DNA of 64,000 bases. Source: Squalus acanthias. Its lineage: Eukaryota. Numbering within the stretch: the first letter of the stretch is position 1; the number at the start of each line of letters is the position of its first letter. Below, one piece after another: positions 61,907-64,000 of this stretch. The stretch covers positions 55,430,001 to 55,494,000 of the forward strand of contig CM059432.1 of assembly GCA_030390025.1 (NCBI GenBank), written 5' to 3'. The position numbers and the translations under genes were made by a program. Below the pieces are notes generated by a model. That model was not told the DNA's origin. It saw only the letters and a program-made list of their open reading frames with translations, and ran no database searches.

Positions 61907-63666
61907 GGCTTAGACGTTAGAACCTTCAGCGCCAGCCATTAAAGCCGGTTTTAAAGAAAAAATGGCGGCCGCCTCGCTTCCGCCCACTTCCAGCGTGGAA
62001 GGCGGAGGCCGCCATATTGGGCAGGTTGGCAGCGCTGCCATTGCCTGCGTTCACCTCAAATATTTTAATGATCAAGAGCGTGATGTTAATCGGCATTCAA
62101 CGATGAATTGATGCACGCTGAGTGATTTTGGATGTCGCCGCTCCTTTTACCAGCCTCTCCAAAGCGTGCCCGTGTATGCAGCCGTTGCCAGTACTTAGGC
62201 CCGGGAGAAAGCGGCGGAGATCTGTAGATCCCTGAGAAGCCTTCAATAACTATGCAGTGTATGTGCAGCCCCAACGAACCCAAGTTCTGTGACAGGTTTG
62301 CATTCCTCACTGATCACTGTTTCAAATAATTTTGACAGTGGGCCGAAAATTGATCCCGGGACGCGAGAGTACGCACTGCGTACTCTCGCGTATTTCCACT
62401 CCAATTGCCGGTTTTCTGCATGCCCTGCGCATGCGCTGAAAACCGGCAATTGCTCTTCTGAAAAGGGGGCGGGGCCTGGGTGCATCGCGTGCGCGCTACA
62501 GGCTGCGCGCACGCTGTGCACTTCATGCTTTGGACGCGCAGGTAAGTAGGGAAGATTTTGGAAATGTAAAAAGGAGGAGTAAGACCCGCTTTTAAGAAGG
62601 TAAGTAGTGAATTAAGTATTTTTTTGAATTTTTTTTTACAGGTATATCTTTTTTATAGACTTTAAAGACAGGTAAGTTTATTTTTATAACTTTTTAAAAG
62701 ATTTTAAATTTTTTCAAAAATTTAATTTTTTATTTAAAATGGTTAATTTAATTAACTATACTTATTTTATTAATGTGATGGTTTTTTTTTTTATTTAATT
62801 GAGGTTTAGCTGTTATTTTGGGGGGGTGTAAGATTCATAGATTTCACAGCCATGCTGTGAGACTTATGAATGGAAGATGGTGTGCTGCCATTGGCTCTAA
62901 CTGAGTCACGTGATCCCACAGCTCGCACGAATTCACTACGCCGCTGGGATACGCAAGCCCAGCACAGCTGATGTCTGGAACATCAAGTTCGTGCGAGCTG
63001 GATCTGAAAAAGCATAAGCGAGGTGAGACATCGCGGGGAAGGCTTACCCCCGCGGGAACAGAGCGAGATCAATTTCTGGGCCATTGTTTGCACTAGATGG
63101 TGTAATCAGAAATTTTCTGACACATGTAGCATGACTTTTTGTAAATTCAAGTATTTGGAACCTAAAACTGCTAGAATGATTCCACCCAAATTGCAGTCAT
63201 TTAATCAACTCATGATGACTCTTTTTGATTAATAATTGTAGTTGACAAATTAGCTGGCTAAATATTTGAGAGCGTCAGCAGTTGAATTAAACATAGAATT
63301 CAGCTAAACTGCAAGTTGTATTCTTTAAAATCTGACAGATTCGTGTATTTTTGGCTTTCATTTATCTTGCTTACCCTCTCTGTCAACCTACAAAACAAGA
63401 GAAACATTACCGGAAACACTGCACTTCATTTTCATAAATCGCGAGTTCCTGATAACGCCACACATATACTTTACACCCGACCCTCGGCCTCCTGCCGATC
63501 TTACTGGCTGAAAGAGCGCATTGCATGGGAGGTTCTGTGCTGCGCTCATTTAAATCAGCAGGCAGCACCAAAATAACGGTGCTGCCTGCGCTCTTTTTAC
63601 AGGCGGCCTTTAACCTTGGACTGCTGTGGCACCACCCGTTTTCAGGCTTTATCGAACTTCTAGACC
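61907..63666. mobile_element. Harbinger-type element, TSD TTA, containing a nested MITE (62340-63082)
   Basis: TIR ggcttagacgtt / aacttctagacc with tta on both flanks; inner TIR gggccgaaaattgatc / gatcaatttctgggcc. Confidence 0.75.
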
Positions 63667-64000
63667 TTAGTGCTTTCAAAAGAGGAGGAGAAAGTAAGGG
63701 AAGAGAAATTGGAGAAGAGAAAAGTTAGTTGCCGTTTCTCCAGTGTTTCTGTCAATCTTCCATCAAAGAGACCGAGAAGGCCTGTGGAAATTCTAACCCA
63801 ATATCGTTTAGTGAATTGATGACGGTAATCTATATTCAGAGTTCAGATTACAAAGAAAAATTATGAGACTGGAATATTCTGAATCCCTCAACTGGATTAC
63901 TGTTTTACAACTTAGTGAAAGGTATCCAGTATCTCCTATTTAACTATACCAGAATTCAAATAGAACATCTAGTAAAATATTTGATTACAATACAGTTATT

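Noticed and set aside
63407..63679. 90-aa minus-strand ORF as a further GREB1L exon
   Set aside because: It has no resemblance to the expected upstream GREB1L peptide and lies within a TIR element.

Overview
Vertebrate genomic DNA, almost certainly from a cartilaginous fish (shark-type CR1 and L2 LINEs, Deu-domain tRNA SINEs, Penelope-like elements). The only host gene I can support is the 3' part of GREB1L on the minus strand. It has 13 coding exons from 61516 down to the stop codon at 26825. All have AG/GT boundaries and consistent phases, and together they give 2611 nt (about 869 aa); the 5' exons lie beyond the right edge. Roughly half of the window is transposon-derived and heavily nested: near-full-length CR1 elements with esterase-type ORF1 and APE/RT ORF2, L2 fragments, DeuSINEs, an LF-SINE-like copy, Harbinger-type MITEs with 3-bp TSDs, a decayed Harbinger with a Myb/SANT ORF, a hAT MITE with an 8-bp TSD, and Penelope-like inverted-repeat elements carrying minimal hammerhead ribozyme cores. 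The most striking observation is that two independent Penelope-like elements and one L2 have inserted at the same ~15-bp site (the GFINRG codons of ORF2) in three different CR1 copies. This suggests a targeted element-on-element system or a strong insertion hotspot. Repeat family names come from recalled consensus sequences, not from database searches.
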